Numbered from the stretch's first letter, positions 39,316 to 49,468 are shown. The stretch is DNA of 64,000 bases from Nitrospirota bacterium (GCA_963721805.1 CAVRJY010000001.1:672001-736000); one strand, 5' to 3'. Notes: generated by a model from the sequence alone, not told the origin. Made by a program: numbers and translations.

Positions 39316-40543
39316 GTGCTAGTGGTTCAGAAATACGGCGGCACCTCGGTGGGGAGCGTCGAGCGCATCAAGGCCGTGGCCGAGCGCGTCAAGAAATACG
39401 CCGATCAGGGCCACCAGGTCGTGGTCGTCGTATCGGCCATGTCAGGCGAGACCGACCGGATGATAAACATGGCCAGCCAGTTCACCCTGAACCCCGAGGG
39501 CAGGGAGATGGACATGCTGCTGTCTTCGGGGGAGCGCATAAGCGCCGCGCTCACCGCCATGGCGATCTCGGACACGGGGCTTAAGTCGATGTCCTTCACA
39601 GGCAGGCAGGCCGGGATCTTCACGGACAACGTGCACACCAAGGCCCGCATCGAGCGCATCACGGCCAATCGGATGATCGACGCGGTCAAGCGCGGGTACG
39701 TCTGCGTGCTTGCCGGGTTTCAGGGGATCACCGAGGAGTCGGACGTCACGACGCTCGGGCGCGGGGGCTCGGACCTGACGGCGGTCGCTGTAGCGGCCGC
39801 GATGAACGCGGATCGTGTGCGAGATATACACCGACGTCGACGGCGTCTACACCACCGACCCCAACGTGGTGCCGGACGCCCGGAAGATCGGCCGCATATC
39901 ATATGACGAGATGCTGGAGCTCGCGAGCCTCGGGGCCAAGGTCCTGCAAGCGCGCTCGGTGGAGTTCGCCAAGAAGCATAACGTGAACCTTGTCGTCCGC
40001 TCGAGCTTCAACTACAACGAGGGGACGTACGTCGTTCGGGAGGACGAGGAAATGGAACAGGTGGTAGTCTCGGGCATAGCGTATGACAAAAACCAGGCCA
40101 AGGTCACGCTCATCGGCGTGCCGGACAAGCCGGGCATCGCGGCAAAGCTTTTCACGGACATCGCAAACGCCTCGATAGTCGTCGACATGATCGTCCAGAA
40201 CATCAGCCCCGACGGCAGCACCGCGGACATCTCCTTCACCGTCCCGAAGACCGACGCCAAGAAGGCCATAGCCATAGGCGAGGGCTTCGCAAAGGAGTTC
40301 GGCGCACGGAAGGTCAGCATGCGCGAGGACATCTCGAAGGTCTCGATAGTCGGCGTCGGCATGAAGTCGCACTCCGGCGTCGCGGCCAAGATGTTCGAGA
40401 CGCTCGCGGCCAACAACATCAACATACTGATGATCGGGACCTCGGAGATCAAGGTCTCGTGCGTAATCGACCTCAAATACACCGAGCTTGCGGTGCGCGT
40501 GCTGCACGACGTATTCGGCCTGGGGGCGGGGCCGGGGGCATAG
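39316..40543 (+). CDS. lysC: Aspartate kinase (+1 frameshift at ~39814, probably a sequence error)
   Basis: [26 protein letters not shown], two ACT domains; removing one base at 39813-39814 fuses the ORFs. Confidence 0.93.
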
Positions 40544-40582
40544 CCCCTTTTCCTTTAGAGGCCGCATGGGTGCGGCTCCGCG

Positions 40583-41770
40583 CTAGCTTTCCCTCTTGAT
40601 CTGCCCTGGCATCAGGCACAGCAGCGCGAACAGGGTCGCCGCTACGAGGGCCGTGGCCGTGCCGAGCCAGAACGTGGCCCTCGGCCCGGTGCTGTCCCAG
40701 AGCCACCCGGCCATGAGGCTCGCAGGCAGCAGCGCGAAGCCCGTGAACATGTTATAGAGGCCGAAGGCCGTGGCCTTCTGCCGCGCCGGGGCCAGCTGCG
40801 CGATGTATGCCTTGTGTATGCCCTCCGTAATCCCCATGAACACGCCATAGGCCATGAACAGCGCCCATACCTGCGCTGACGTGGACGCCAGGCCGAACCC
40901 GAAATAGACCGCAGCGAATAGCAGAAACCCCGCCAGTATCACGCGCTCGGCCCCGATGCGGTCAGCGAGCAGCCCGGCCGGCATCGCCGTGAGCGCATAG
41001 ACCATGTTGAAGCAGAAATAGACTATCGGGATTGCCGCGACCGGCACCCCCACGGCGCTCGCCTTGAGTATCAGGAAGGCGTCGCTGGAATTGCCGATCA
41101 TGAAGACCGTGGCCACGAACAGGAACGCCTTGTACCTGAAACCGAACGCCCCCAGGCTCAGGCGCGGGGGCTCCGCGTGCGCCGAGCCCGGTTTGTGTGG
41201 CGTCTCCCTGATGAAGAAAATAATCGTCAGCACCGCGAGCGCTCCGGGGATGATCGAGCACCAGAAGACCAGCCGGTAGTTGCTCGCTGAAGCGGCGAGT
41301 ATCGCACTTGCGATCAGGGGGCCGATGCCCGCCCCCACCGTGTCCATCATCCTGTGGAACCCGAACGCGCGGCCCATCTGCTGGTGATCCGTCGATTCGG
41401 CGATGAGGGCGTCGCGCGGCGCGCCCCGGATGCCCTTGCCCGTGCGGTCTAGAAACCGCGAGGCCAGCACCTGGTGCCACGCGCCCGCCAGTGCGAGTAT
41501 GGGGCGGCTCAGGGTAGAGATCGAGTACCCGGCTATCATCAGCGCCTTGCGCCTTGCCGTGCGGTCCGAGAGCCAGCCTGAATATGACTTCAATATCCCG
41601 GCCGTGGCCTCGGCGATGCCCTCGATAAGGCCGATTACGGATTTGCTGACGCCGAGGGCCGAGCTCAGGAAGATAGGCACGAGCGGGTAGATCATCTCGG
41701 AGCTCGCGTCCATCAGCAGGCTCACGAAACCCGATACTATGACATTGCGGCCCAGGCCGCGGGTGGCCAC
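40583..41770 (-). CDS. MFS transporter
   Basis: ~12 TM segments, GWLSDR, DRTGKGIRGAPRDA. Confidence 0.92.
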   Translation of the reverse strand: MATRGLGRNVIVSGFVSLLMDASSEMIYPLVPIFLSSALGVSKSVIGLIEGIAEATAGILKSYSGWLSDRTARRKALMIAGYSISTLSRPILALAGAWHQVLASRFLDRTGKGIRGAPRDALIAESTDHQQMGRAFGFHRMMDTVGAGIGPLIASAILAASASNYRLVFWCSIIPGALAVLTIIFFIRETPHKPGSAHAEPPRLSLGAFGFRYKAFLFVATVFMIGNSSDAFLILKASAVGVPVAAIPIVYFCFNMVYALTAMPAGLLADRIGAERVILAGFLLFAAVYFGFGLASTSAQVWALFMAYGVFMGITEGIHKAYIAQLAPARQKATAFGLYNMFTGFALLPASLMAGWLWDSTGPRATFWLGTATALVAATLFALLCLMPGQIKRES

Positions 41771-41812
41771 GGGCTTAACGCCTCCTTCGAAGCGGTGCGT
41801 GAGGGCCCCGGC

Positions 41813-42151
41813 CTATTGCGGGCCGGCCCTGTATATCAGGACCTTCGCGCGCTCTATCGTGATGAGCCCCTCGCCCATCATGCGGTCTATCTCCGGCAGG
41901 AAGCCCTCGATCCTCTCGGACGAGTCGACGATCTCGACCACTATCGGGAGGTCCTCGGAGAGCCTGAGGAGCTTCGCGCTGTGCATCCGGCTCTTGGCCC
42001 CGTAGCCGAGTATGCCGCGCAGGACGGTCGCCCCGCCAAGGCCGCGCCGCCGGGCCTCCTCGACTATGGCCTCATAGAGCGGTTTGCCCTCGTACTTGTC
42101 CTGCTCGCCGATGAATACCCTTAAGAGCTCTGATTCCTCCGGAAGCTTCAT
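41813..42151 (-). CDS. DUF190 (PII-like) protein, usual CrcB neighbour
   Basis: LLRVFIGE.D, GATVLRGILGYG, LSEDLPIVVEIVD. Confidence 0.92.
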   Translation of the reverse strand: MKLPEESELLRVFIGEQDKYEGKPLYEAIVEEARRRGLGGATVLRGILGYGAKSRMHSAKLLRLSEDLPIVVEIVDSSERIEGFLPEIDRMMGEGLITIERAKVLIYRAGPQ

Positions 42152-42164
42152 GCGGCCCCCTTTC

Positions 42165-42542
42165 CTATAGCAGCCTGGCGATCCACGCGCCCGAGACGAT
42201 CGCCCCGAAGCCGAGCACGCAGTTTGAGGCGATATTTGCAAACGCCAGCATATACTGGCTGTCCTTTACGTAGTTCATCGTCTCGAAGGCGAAGGTCGAA
42301 AACGTCGTGAAGGCCCCCATGAAGCCCGCGAGCAGTACGGTGCGCGTGAGGGTCGAAAGCGCCATGCGCTCCTCCGAGAGCGACCAGACCACTCCGAACA
42401 GCAGGCAGCCGATGACGTTGACCGCGAGCGTCCCGTAGGCGAACCTCGAGCCCATGATATCGTACGTCAGCCCCGAGACCCAGTAGCGGCACAGGGTGCC
42501 GACCGTCCCGGCGACAGCGATCAGTATGAGCTTAGTCCACAT
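42165..42542 (-). CDS. crcB: Fluoride channel CrcB/Fluc
   Basis: GTLAVNVIGC, GFMGAFTTFSTF; 4 TM segments; 125 aa. Confidence 0.97.
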   Translation of the reverse strand: MWTKLILIAVAGTVGTLCRYWVSGLTYDIMGSRFAYGTLAVNVIGCLLFGVVWSLSEERMALSTLTRTVLLAGFMGAFTTFSTFAFETMNYVKDSQYMLAFANIASNCVLGFGAIVSGAWIARLL

Positions 42543-42594
42543 GGATCACGCCCCCTAACCGGCCGGTCTCGAACCCGTCAATCTTCATTCCGTT

Positions 42595-42624
42595 ATCTTA
42601 TGTATCCTTTCCCAACCATGTCAA
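42595..42624 (-). promoter_or_regulatory. Putative internal sigma70 promoter for crcB
   Basis: TTGACA-N18-TAAGAT on the minus strand, 52 nt before the crcB start. Confidence 0.6.
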
Positions 42625-42633
42625 GATCGCGCA

Positions 42634-44424
42634 TCAGCCCGGAGCGCTTATGGCGATAGCTTCCTTCAAGTCTGTCAGCCCTTCCGCGATGCCGTCGATA
42701 CGGGTCAGTGCTTTCGAGAGTTCGGCGCTCCTTTCGGAGGCCTCCGTCTCGCCTTTTGCCCTGAGCGCCATGCCTTTTTCTATTGCCGCGCCTATCCCTT
42801 CAATGGTCGCCTCGATCCGCCGGAGCATCTCCCACCTGAAATCGAGCTTGCTCTTCTCAAGCCGTTGCTCGAAGTCATACCCCGACCTGGCTGATTGCAG
42901 GTCGATCACACGCTGGAGGTATTCCTTCATCTTGTTGTGGATTATCCTTTCGCCGACAAACTTCGGCAGAAGCAGGGTCAGCGATGACGCTACGGTCGCT
43001 ATGCCCCCCGGCTGTTCCCTGTATTCACGGTAGAACCTCGCCTTCGTCGACCAGACAGCCTCCGCCTTCACTATATCCAGAGGGACGTCAAAAAGCTCCG
43101 AAGAGTATCTGAGCAGGGAGTCGACGGCATCGTCGATTTTCATGATGAAACGCTTGCAACCCGCATCGAACACCTTCGCGAGCTTTTCGCCCTCGCCCCT
43201 ACGCCAAACCCTGAACGCCCCGATGACCTCGGAGATTACCTGGCCCTCCATCTGCTGCCGGAGTTCTTTCAGGGACAGGCCCCGGCGTTCGGCGTAGCTG
43301 TTTTCAAGGGTTGCCGAGAGCGCCGGCGTCAACTCCCGCCTGAATGTCTTGAGGTCTTCTTCAAGGACGTTGCCGATGATCTTCTTCACCTCGCCGTCGA
43401 GCAGCAGGGTGAAGTCTTCCTTTTCGGTCAAGACCTCTGTCTTTTTCTTTTCAAAAAGCCGCACCCTTTGCCTGAGTTCATCCGCCGGCGTCGCAAGGGC
43501 CTTAACCTCAAGCTCCAGCTCAAACCGGGCCTGAGAGATCAGGCGCAGGAGGTTGCCAGTCACCGAAAGCAGCAGTATCTTTCCCTTTTCTTCCATTAGG
43601 AATTTGCTCAGCGCCCCGGAAAACTGCGGAAGATGGCTCCGGGCCATAAGCTCGCTGTCACCGGAGAGCACTCCCTCGAGCGCAAGCTTCGCCGAGACTG
43701 GAAAGATCCGCGCGTCCGTCCCTATTGCGTCTTTCAGCACCCTCTCTGAAAACTCGATTGACTCGCGCAGGTCGCTGGCGCTGAAATAGTCGGCCTTGTT
43801 GAGGAGGAAAAATATCCTGCGAGAAAATTCCCCGACGTCCTTGAGAAAATCAATTTCAGCCTTGCCCAGCGGCTGGTCCACGGACATGACAAAGAGCGCG
43901 GCGTCGGAGTTGGGGAGATACTGATATGCGATATCCGTGTTGTGCTGGTAAACAGAACCCACCCCCGGCGTGTCGATCAACCGCACCCCGCCCGCAAGGA
44001 AAGGCGACGGGTATGTGATTGTCACTTCGGAGACGCCCTTCTCGTTCCTCGGGTTGCCCCGCTCCGTGACATATTCAGGCAGACACTCAGGCTTGATCCC
44101 GGAGACCCTGCCGTCATTGAAATGCACCGTGATCCGAAGTGCGTCCCCATACTCGATGACGGTCACGACGGATGTGAGCGGGACGACCGCAACAGGGAGG
44201 ATTCCGGAGCCGAGCAGGGCATTGATAAGGCTCGTCTTGCCCCGCTTGAACTGCCCGACCACCACGAGATTGAATGTATTGGCCTCGATCTTTTTCCGCA
44301 ACTCCTCGCAAGCGCCGCCGCGCAACGCCTCAACGCCGCTCATCTCGCCGATATATCTTATGAGCGTGTTTTTCAGGCGGTCGTAATCGGAGGCCATGTG
44401 CGGACCAGGTTTTCCGGAGCTCAA
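42634..44424 (-). CDS. Bacterial dynamin-like GTPase
   Basis: G1 GQFKRGKTS, G2 PLT, G3 DTPG, G4 NKAD, long helical C-terminus; start is TTG 44424 or a nearby ATG. Confidence 0.9.
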   Translation of the reverse strand: MSSGKPGPHMASDYDRLKNTLIRYIGEMSGVEALRGGACEELRKKIEANTFNLVVVGQFKRGKTSLINALLGSGILPVAVVPLTSVVTVIEYGDALRITVHFNDGRVSGIKPECLPEYVTERGNPRNEKGVSEVTITYPSPFLAGGVRLIDTPGVGSVYQHNTDIAYQYLPNSDAALFVMSVDQPLGKAEIDFLKDVGEFSRRIFFLLNKADYFSASDLRESIEFSERVLKDAIGTDARIFPVSAKLALEGVLSGDSELMARSHLPQFSGALSKFLMEEKGKILLLSVTGNLLRLISQARFELELEVKALATPADELRQRVRLFEKKKTEVLTEKEDFTLLLDGEVKKIIGNVLEEDLKTFRRELTPALSATLENSYAERRGLSLKELRQQMEGQVISEVIGAFRVWRRGEGEKLAKVFDAGCKRFIMKIDDAVDSLLRYSSELFDVPLDIVKAEAVWSTKARFYREYREQPGGIATVASSLTLLLPKFVGERIIHNKMKEYLQRVIDLQSARSGYDFEQRLEKSKLDFRWEMLRRIEATIEGIGAAIEKGMALRAKGETEASERSAELSKALTRIDGIAEGLTDLKEAIAISAPG

Positions 44425-44448
44425 TTTTCCTTATTCCTTTCCGGGCAT

Positions 44449-44530
44449 AAAAAAACTCCCGCCCTCGCAATCCCGAGAGTAGGAGTCATCAGTCCGGCTT
44501 CGGACGGTTAAAGGCGAACTCCATCGCCGT
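44449..44530 (-). promoter_or_regulatory. Fluoride (crcB-motif) riboswitch with intrinsic terminator
   Basis: Minus strand reads GGCGATGGAGTTCGCC-TTTAACC-GTCCGAAGCCGGAC-TGATGACTCCTAC, then CTCCTACTCTCG..CGAGGGCGGGAG-T7; TGcTAATGT -10 at 44537-44545. Confidence 0.95.
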
Positions 44531-44557
44531 GTATAAACATTAGCACAAGGATTTTAT

Positions 44558-46195
44558 TCAGTCAATCCCAACGAGCACGAAGTCATCGAGCTCGCCGGCC
44601 TTCAGCGCCTCGAGGTATACGATGAACTGCGACTCCGAGTGGCGGTACAGCTTGCCTCGCCAGAGCACCTTCATGCCCGGCCGGTCGATGGCCTCGTAGG
44701 TCTTCTGATCCACGAGCGCCAGGGTGGGCTCTCGCGTATCTATCCGCTCCTGCAGCTCCGCGCGCTTTACGTGCACGACGCGGCGATCGGCGTAATAGGT
44801 GAAGCTCTCCTGATATATGCCGCAGGCGAAGAGCTCGCGCGTGATTGCGGGATCGGCGGCCTCTATCGCGGCGCCGAGGGAGCGGTACTCGCGGTGGGCC
44901 TCGATCTTCGGAAGCACCGAGACCGTAAATACGAGATAGAGCACTACGGTGGCGGCGAATACTGCCGAGATGCAGGCGGCCGGCCGGTACTTGAGCGCCC
45001 CGTACAGCGCATAGCCGCAGATCAGCGCGAGCGCGGCGAGCCCGATAGTGCCTGCCGCGCCATCGCCCGGGAGCATGTAACTTAGCCAGATAACCCCGCC
45101 CAGGACGACCAGGCAGGTGAGCGCCGCTAGCCATGACATCGCGCGCCGCCAACTGCCGCCCTCGAGCGCGCCATCGGCCCACGACGCCGTGATGACCGCA
45201 AGCGGCGTAAACAGCGAATAGACGTACGTCGGGAGCTTGGAGTGCGAGAGGCTGAAAAACACGAACACGGACGCGGCCCACAGGATCGGGAAGCGCAATT
45301 TGCGCCATGCCTCGGAGCGGTTGAGCGCGGCCCACGCAAGCGCGCCGAGCATAAGAAACGAGCCCGGTAGGAAGCTCGCCGGGACCGAGCCGAAATAAAA
45401 TAACGGCGACGAGGTCCCGCTCTTTCGCTCCATGAACCTCCCTATGTTCTCCCCAAACGCGACCGAGGTGAAATCGCGGCCGTAAGTGTCGGCCATCAGG
45501 AGATACCACGGCAGCGCGATCAGGGCATAGACCGCGATGCCCATCGGAGAGACGATGAACCTGAGCTCCCGCCACCTGCGGTCCGCGATGATCATCACTA
45601 CCATGACCAGCAGCGGGAGCAGCAGGCCGATAGGGCCCTTGGCGAGCGTCGCGAAGGCCGCAACCCCGTATGCTATCGCATACCACGCGCGCTTCAGCCG
45701 CGGGGCCTCTGAGGAGTACGCCTCATAAAACGCCCCGGTGGCGGCTATTGTGAGCACGGTAATCAGCATCTCCGGAGAGCCGAACCGCGCCGCGGTGTTG
45801 TAGTCCAGGGCCCCGGCCACGAGCGCGGCCGCTATGAGCGCCGGGCGCCTCCGTCCGAGCATCCTGATCGACAGCAGATACGTTATCAGCACCCCGGCCG
45901 CGGCCGCGACGGCCGAGACCATGCGCGGAGCGGCCTCGTTGTCCCCGATCGCGCGCTGGGCCGCGTAGACGAGCCAGTACATCAGCGGGGGCTTCTGGAA
46001 CCGCGGCTCGTAGTTGAAGTACGGGGTCAGCAAGTCGCCTCTGGCCGCCATCTCGCGCGGGGCCTCGGCATAGAAGGCCTCGTTGGGGTTCCATACCGCC
46101 GGGAGCCCCATGTTCACGAAATATACCGCCACGAGGCATACGGCCGCGATCAGCGCGGCCCTGGTCGTGCGGTCAATGTCCTGTAGCGGTCTCAT
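44558..46195 (-). CDS. ArnT/PMT-family (GT-C) membrane glycosyltransferase
   Basis: NEAFYAEAPREM, RFQKPPLMYW, LAKGP, SKLPTY; many TM segments. Confidence 0.88.
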   Translation of the reverse strand: MRPLQDIDRTTRAALIAAVCLVAVYFVNMGLPAVWNPNEAFYAEAPREMAARGDLLTPYFNYEPRFQKPPLMYWLVYAAQRAIGDNEAAPRMVSAVAAAAGVLITYLLSIRMLGRRRPALIAAALVAGALDYNTAARFGSPEMLITVLTIAATGAFYEAYSSEAPRLKRAWYAIAYGVAAFATLAKGPIGLLLPLLVMVVMIIADRRWRELRFIVSPMGIAVYALIALPWYLLMADTYGRDFTSVAFGENIGRFMERKSGTSSPLFYFGSVPASFLPGSFLMLGALAWAALNRSEAWRKLRFPILWAASVFVFFSLSHSKLPTYVYSLFTPLAVITASWADGALEGGSWRRAMSWLAALTCLVVLGGVIWLSYMLPGDGAAGTIGLAALALICGYALYGALKYRPAACISAVFAATVVLYLVFTVSVLPKIEAHREYRSLGAAIEAADPAITRELFACGIYQESFTYYADRRVVHVKRAELQERIDTREPTLALVDQKTYEAIDRPGMKVLWRGKLYRHSESQFIVYLEALKAGELDDFVLVGID

Positions 46196-46216
46196 GGGCG
46201 CAGGAGTATAACTGTT

Positions 46217-46807
46217 TCAGCGCCGCGTTTTCCGCATGTGCAGGCTGCCCAGGTATGCCGCGCAGCCTATCATCAGCGGGACGTCGACGAGGTAATCAAA
46301 CAGGTTGTCCGAGGGCAGGAGCCTCAGGCTATACGCCCCGAGCGCCGCTAGCGGCACGAACCCGAGCCTCCCCCCGGTCCAGAAAAGCCCGGCCGCTGAC
46401 GCGCCGACGAACACGAACCAGATCGAGAACGTGAAGCCCATCGCGTAGATGTCCGGCCCGATCAGGCCGAGGTACGAGGCGTAGAGCAGCACAGGGAACG
46501 CGACGCCGAAATAAGCGAAGGCAGTGACCTCGCCCCGCGACAGCGGCAGCCTCAGGCCGAGCATGCGCCATAGCAGCATCAGCGCCCCGGCCAGCGAGCC
46601 TATCGAGAACACCGGGTTGACCGAGAGGATAAGATCGGCGGCCGAGAGCCCGCGCACGGGAACCAGCGATGCCGCGGCGGCCGCCGCGCCTATGCAGATT
46701 ATCAGAGCCCGGCCCGGCCGCCTCGCGTGCATGAGGCTCTGCAATATCCAGATAGCGGCGAGCGCCGAGAGCAGGGCCGGGGTGACGAGCGGGAAGTACG
46801 CGCTCAC
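46217..46807 (-). CDS. Hypothetical membrane protein
   Basis: 196-aa hydrophobic ORF overlapping the upstream gene stop; SDNLFDYLVD. Confidence 0.75.
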   Translation of the reverse strand: MSAYFPLVTPALLSALAAIWILQSLMHARRPGRALIICIGAAAAAASLVPVRGLSAADLILSVNPVFSIGSLAGALMLLWRMLGLRLPLSRGEVTAFAYFGVAFPVLLYASYLGLIGPDIYAMGFTFSIWFVFVGASAAGLFWTGGRLGFVPLAALGAYSLRLLPSDNLFDYLVDVPLMIGCAAYLGSLHMRKTRR

Positions 46808-47976
46808 TTTTTGGCCTCGTCGAGCTTCAGGTTCAGCCAGTCGTCGTTGAACGAGACGTGCTTGATCGTCTTTCGGTCGTAGGTGTAGGTGATATGGTAA
46901 AGCCCGGTCTCGGAGCGCGTGATGAAGGGATAGGAAAACTCGCCGCTGGGGGATTGCTCCAGAGTCTTGGCTATCACCCAGGTCCTGCCCTTGTCATATG
47001 AGACCGCGAGCTTGAGATTCCGGCGGTCGGCCTTGCTCCAGTTCAAAGCGGCGAGGTACGAGCCGTCGGGCCGCGCTATGACGTCCGCGCCGGAGTTCGG
47101 GCTCGGCAGCGGGGATTCGGTGACGCTGTTCCAGATCCGCCCGAGGTCGTGGCTTTCGGCCACCAGCATCTGGCCCTTTTTCATGTTGCGCATATAGGCG
47201 ACCAGCTCCTGCCCCGCGCCGTTGATCAGCGAGGGCTGGATCGCGCTTTGTTCGCGCGTGAGCTTCCTGACCTCTACCGAGACTTCGTCGGCCCACGCGT
47301 CTTGTGGGGTTATGCGCACGATCAGCGAGTGCTTCGTTATCAGCTCCTGGTATGCAGGAAGCAGGAGCGAGCCGTCGTCGAGCTCGACCGGCTTGTTCTT
47401 GACGTTCGTGGAGATATTAAGAAACGGGCTGGTGACGAGCTGCCTCGCACGGCCCCATGTCTCGCCGTCGTCGGAGGAGACCTTGTAGTTTAAAGAGCAG
47501 TCCGACCAGCCTCCAAAGGACGTAGTCGCGAAGAACAGCCAGAGCCTGCCGTGGGAGTCCTTGAACACGAGCGAGTTGCCGAGCTTGCGGACGTACCTGC
47601 CGAGCTCGTGCGAGGCCGAGCTCGCGGTGACTATCCGCACCGGCGGGCCCCACAGCAGGGTGTGCTCGTCGTAGGTGGCCGAGTCGATAGTGACGTCCGG
47701 GGCGCCCTCGGCCGAGCCCTCGTACCACGCGGCCATCACCCGGCCGCGGCCAAGGGGAGTCACCGACGAGACATGGCGCATCGTGCCTACCGTCACGGGG
47801 AGGACCGGGACCTCCATGTAGAAGGGGCTGTGCATGAGGCTGACCGAGGCGGGGGGCTGCCTTACGCTCCGCCCGGCCCAGCCGTGGGCGACCGATGCGC
47901 GCCAGGACGAATACGCGAGAATCGCGGTCAGGGCCGCGCACAAAGCGACCAGGATATAGCGCCAGTGTCCCCTCAT
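46804..47976 (-). CDS. BNR/Asp-box sialidase-like protein
   Basis: Asp boxes SSDDGETW, SHDLGRIW, SYDKGRTW; EFSYP; N-terminal TM segment; start moved to ATG 47976. Confidence 0.85.
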   Translation of the reverse strand: MRGHWRYILVALCAALTAILAYSSWRASVAHGWAGRSVRQPPASVSLMHSPFYMEVPVLPVTVGTMRHVSSVTPLGRGRVMAAWYEGSAEGAPDVTIDSATYDEHTLLWGPPVRIVTASSASHELGRYVRKLGNSLVFKDSHGRLWLFFATTSFGGWSDCSLNYKVSSDDGETWGRARQLVTSPFLNISTNVKNKPVELDDGSLLLPAYQELITKHSLIVRITPQDAWADEVSVEVRKLTREQSAIQPSLINGAGQELVAYMRNMKKGQMLVAESHDLGRIWNSVTESPLPSPNSGADVIARPDGSYLAALNWSKADRRNLKLAVSYDKGRTWVIAKTLEQSPSGEFSYPFITRSETGLYHITYTYDRKTIKHVSFNDDWLNLKLDEAKK

Positions 47977-48059
47977 CGGTATACCATTATACACCACGGG
48001 CGTAACTGCCTTGTTTGACAAAGAAAACGCCGTTTTGATATAAAATCAGACTGTACCAT

Positions 48060-48135
48060 TCCCGGGTAGCTCAGCCGGCAGAGCAGGTGACTGTTAATCA
48101 CCCTGTCGGGGGTTCGAATCCCTCCCCGGGAGCCA
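48060..48135 (+). tRNA. tRNA-Asn(GTT)
   Basis: TCCCGGG/CCCGGGA acceptor stem, GGTGA-CTGTTAA-TCACC anticodon arm, GGTTCGAATCC, encoded CCA; TTGACA at 48015. Confidence 0.98.
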
Positions 48136-48151
48136 TTTTTCCAAGGACATG

Positions 48152-48185
48152 CCTCGCCCCAACAGCACACGGGCGAGGTTTTTTT
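48152..48185 (+). terminator. Intrinsic terminator after the tRNA
   Basis: CCTCGCCC..GGGCGAGG-T7. Confidence 0.85.
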
Positions 48186-48298
48186 ATAGGACCCGCTGCA
48201 AGGTTGATCCTGAGACAGCCCCTTTGGGGCGCGTTTCCAACTGCGGGGCGGTTTGTATTATAATTCGCAGTTCCCGACTAACTGGCACCGGAGGGCTG

Positions 48299-49468
48299 AT
48301 GGCAAAGACCCGCGCATTCAAGCTTGAGAAGATTCACACCGAGATAGTCTCGAAGGCCACGATGTTCAAGGTCCTGAAGTACCTTGACGCCGGAGGCTTC
48401 GAGACCCCGTTTCTGCTCCTGGACGGCGACCAGGTGCGCGCCAAGGCCAAACTGATAGGTTCGAAGATCCGCAACTCCCGCGTCTTCTACGCGGTCAAGG
48501 CCAACCCGGACATCGAGACCCTGAAGCTCATCGACGCGATGGGCCTGGGGTTCGAGATCGCCTCGGACGGCGAGCTGCGCCTGCTCGAGACCCTGGGCGT
48601 CGCGCCCGAGCGCATCATCACGAGCAACCCGGTCAAGTCCGTCAAGTTCATAAAGAAGGCCACGGAATACGGCGTGACGTTCTTCTCTTACGACAGCTAC
48701 GCCGAGGTCGACAAGATGGCGGCCCATGCGCCGGGGGCGAACGTATACCTCCGCCTCACCGTGCCGAACGAGGGCAGCGAGTGGCCGTTGAGCAAGAAGT
48801 TCGGCGTCGAGCCTGACCAGGCCATCCCGATTCTGGAGTACGCGCGCAACAAGGGGCTGAACCCCATAGGCATCACCTTCCACGTCGGCTCGCAGTGCCT
48901 GAACAAGTACAGCTGGAACACCGCGATCCAGAAGGCCCGCTCGCTTTGGGACCTGGCAGCGGAGCGCGGCATCCACATGCGCATCCTCAACATCGGCGGC
49001 GGCTATCCGGTTACTTACACCAAGAGCGTCGTCGGGATCGAGGAGATCGAGCGCAACATCGACAGCGTCATCGCCGAGCAGTTCCCGGAGGGCGTCGAGG
49101 TCTATATCGAGCCCGGACGCGGGATGGTCGGCGACGCGGGCGTATTCGTCTCGACCATACACGGCAAGGCCATGCGCGGCGAGAGGCAGTGGGTCTACAT
49201 CGACGTAGGCGTCTTCAACGGCCTGATGGAGAGCGTGGGCGGCATCAGGTACAGCTACCTCGTCGAGAACATCGGCCAGCAGATCCGAAACGTCGACTGC
49301 ACGCTCGGAGGGCCGAGCTGCGACAGCTTCGACGTCATAACCGAGGACTGCACGCTCGCGGGGCCGGAGCTAGGCTGCCTCGTCCTGATACTCTCGGCCG
49401 GCGCGTACACGATCTCGTACGCATCGGAGTTCAACGGGTTTTCGATCCCGAAGACCATCATCATATAG
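48299..49468 (+). CDS. Ornithine/lysine decarboxylase (fold III PLP enzyme)
   Basis: FYAVKAN, SKKFG, FHVGSQ, NIGGG, EPGR, GPSCDSFD, GAY. Confidence 0.92.
   Translation: MAKTRAFKLEKIHTEIVSKATMFKVLKYLDAGGFETPFLLLDGDQVRAKAKLIGSKIRNSRVFYAVKANPDIETLKLIDAMGLGFEIASDGELRLLETLGVAPERIITSNPVKSVKFIKKATEYGVTFFSYDSYAEVDKMAAHAPGANVYLRLTVPNEGSEWPLSKKFGVEPDQAIPILEYARNKGLNPIGITFHVGSQCLNKYSWNTAIQKARSLWDLAAERGIHMRILNIGGGYPVTYTKSVVGIEEIERNIDSVIAEQFPEGVEVYIEPGRGMVGDAGVFVSTIHGKAMRGERQWVYIDVGVFNGLMESVGGIRYSYLVENIGQQIRNVDCTLGGPSCDSFDVITEDCTLAGPELGCLVLILSAGAYTISYASEFNGFSIPKTIII

Noticed and set aside
44461..44530. Plus-strand GAGAGTAGG..CATCGCC as a stray 5S rRNA fragment
   Set aside because: It is fully explained as the minus-strand fluoride riboswitch.
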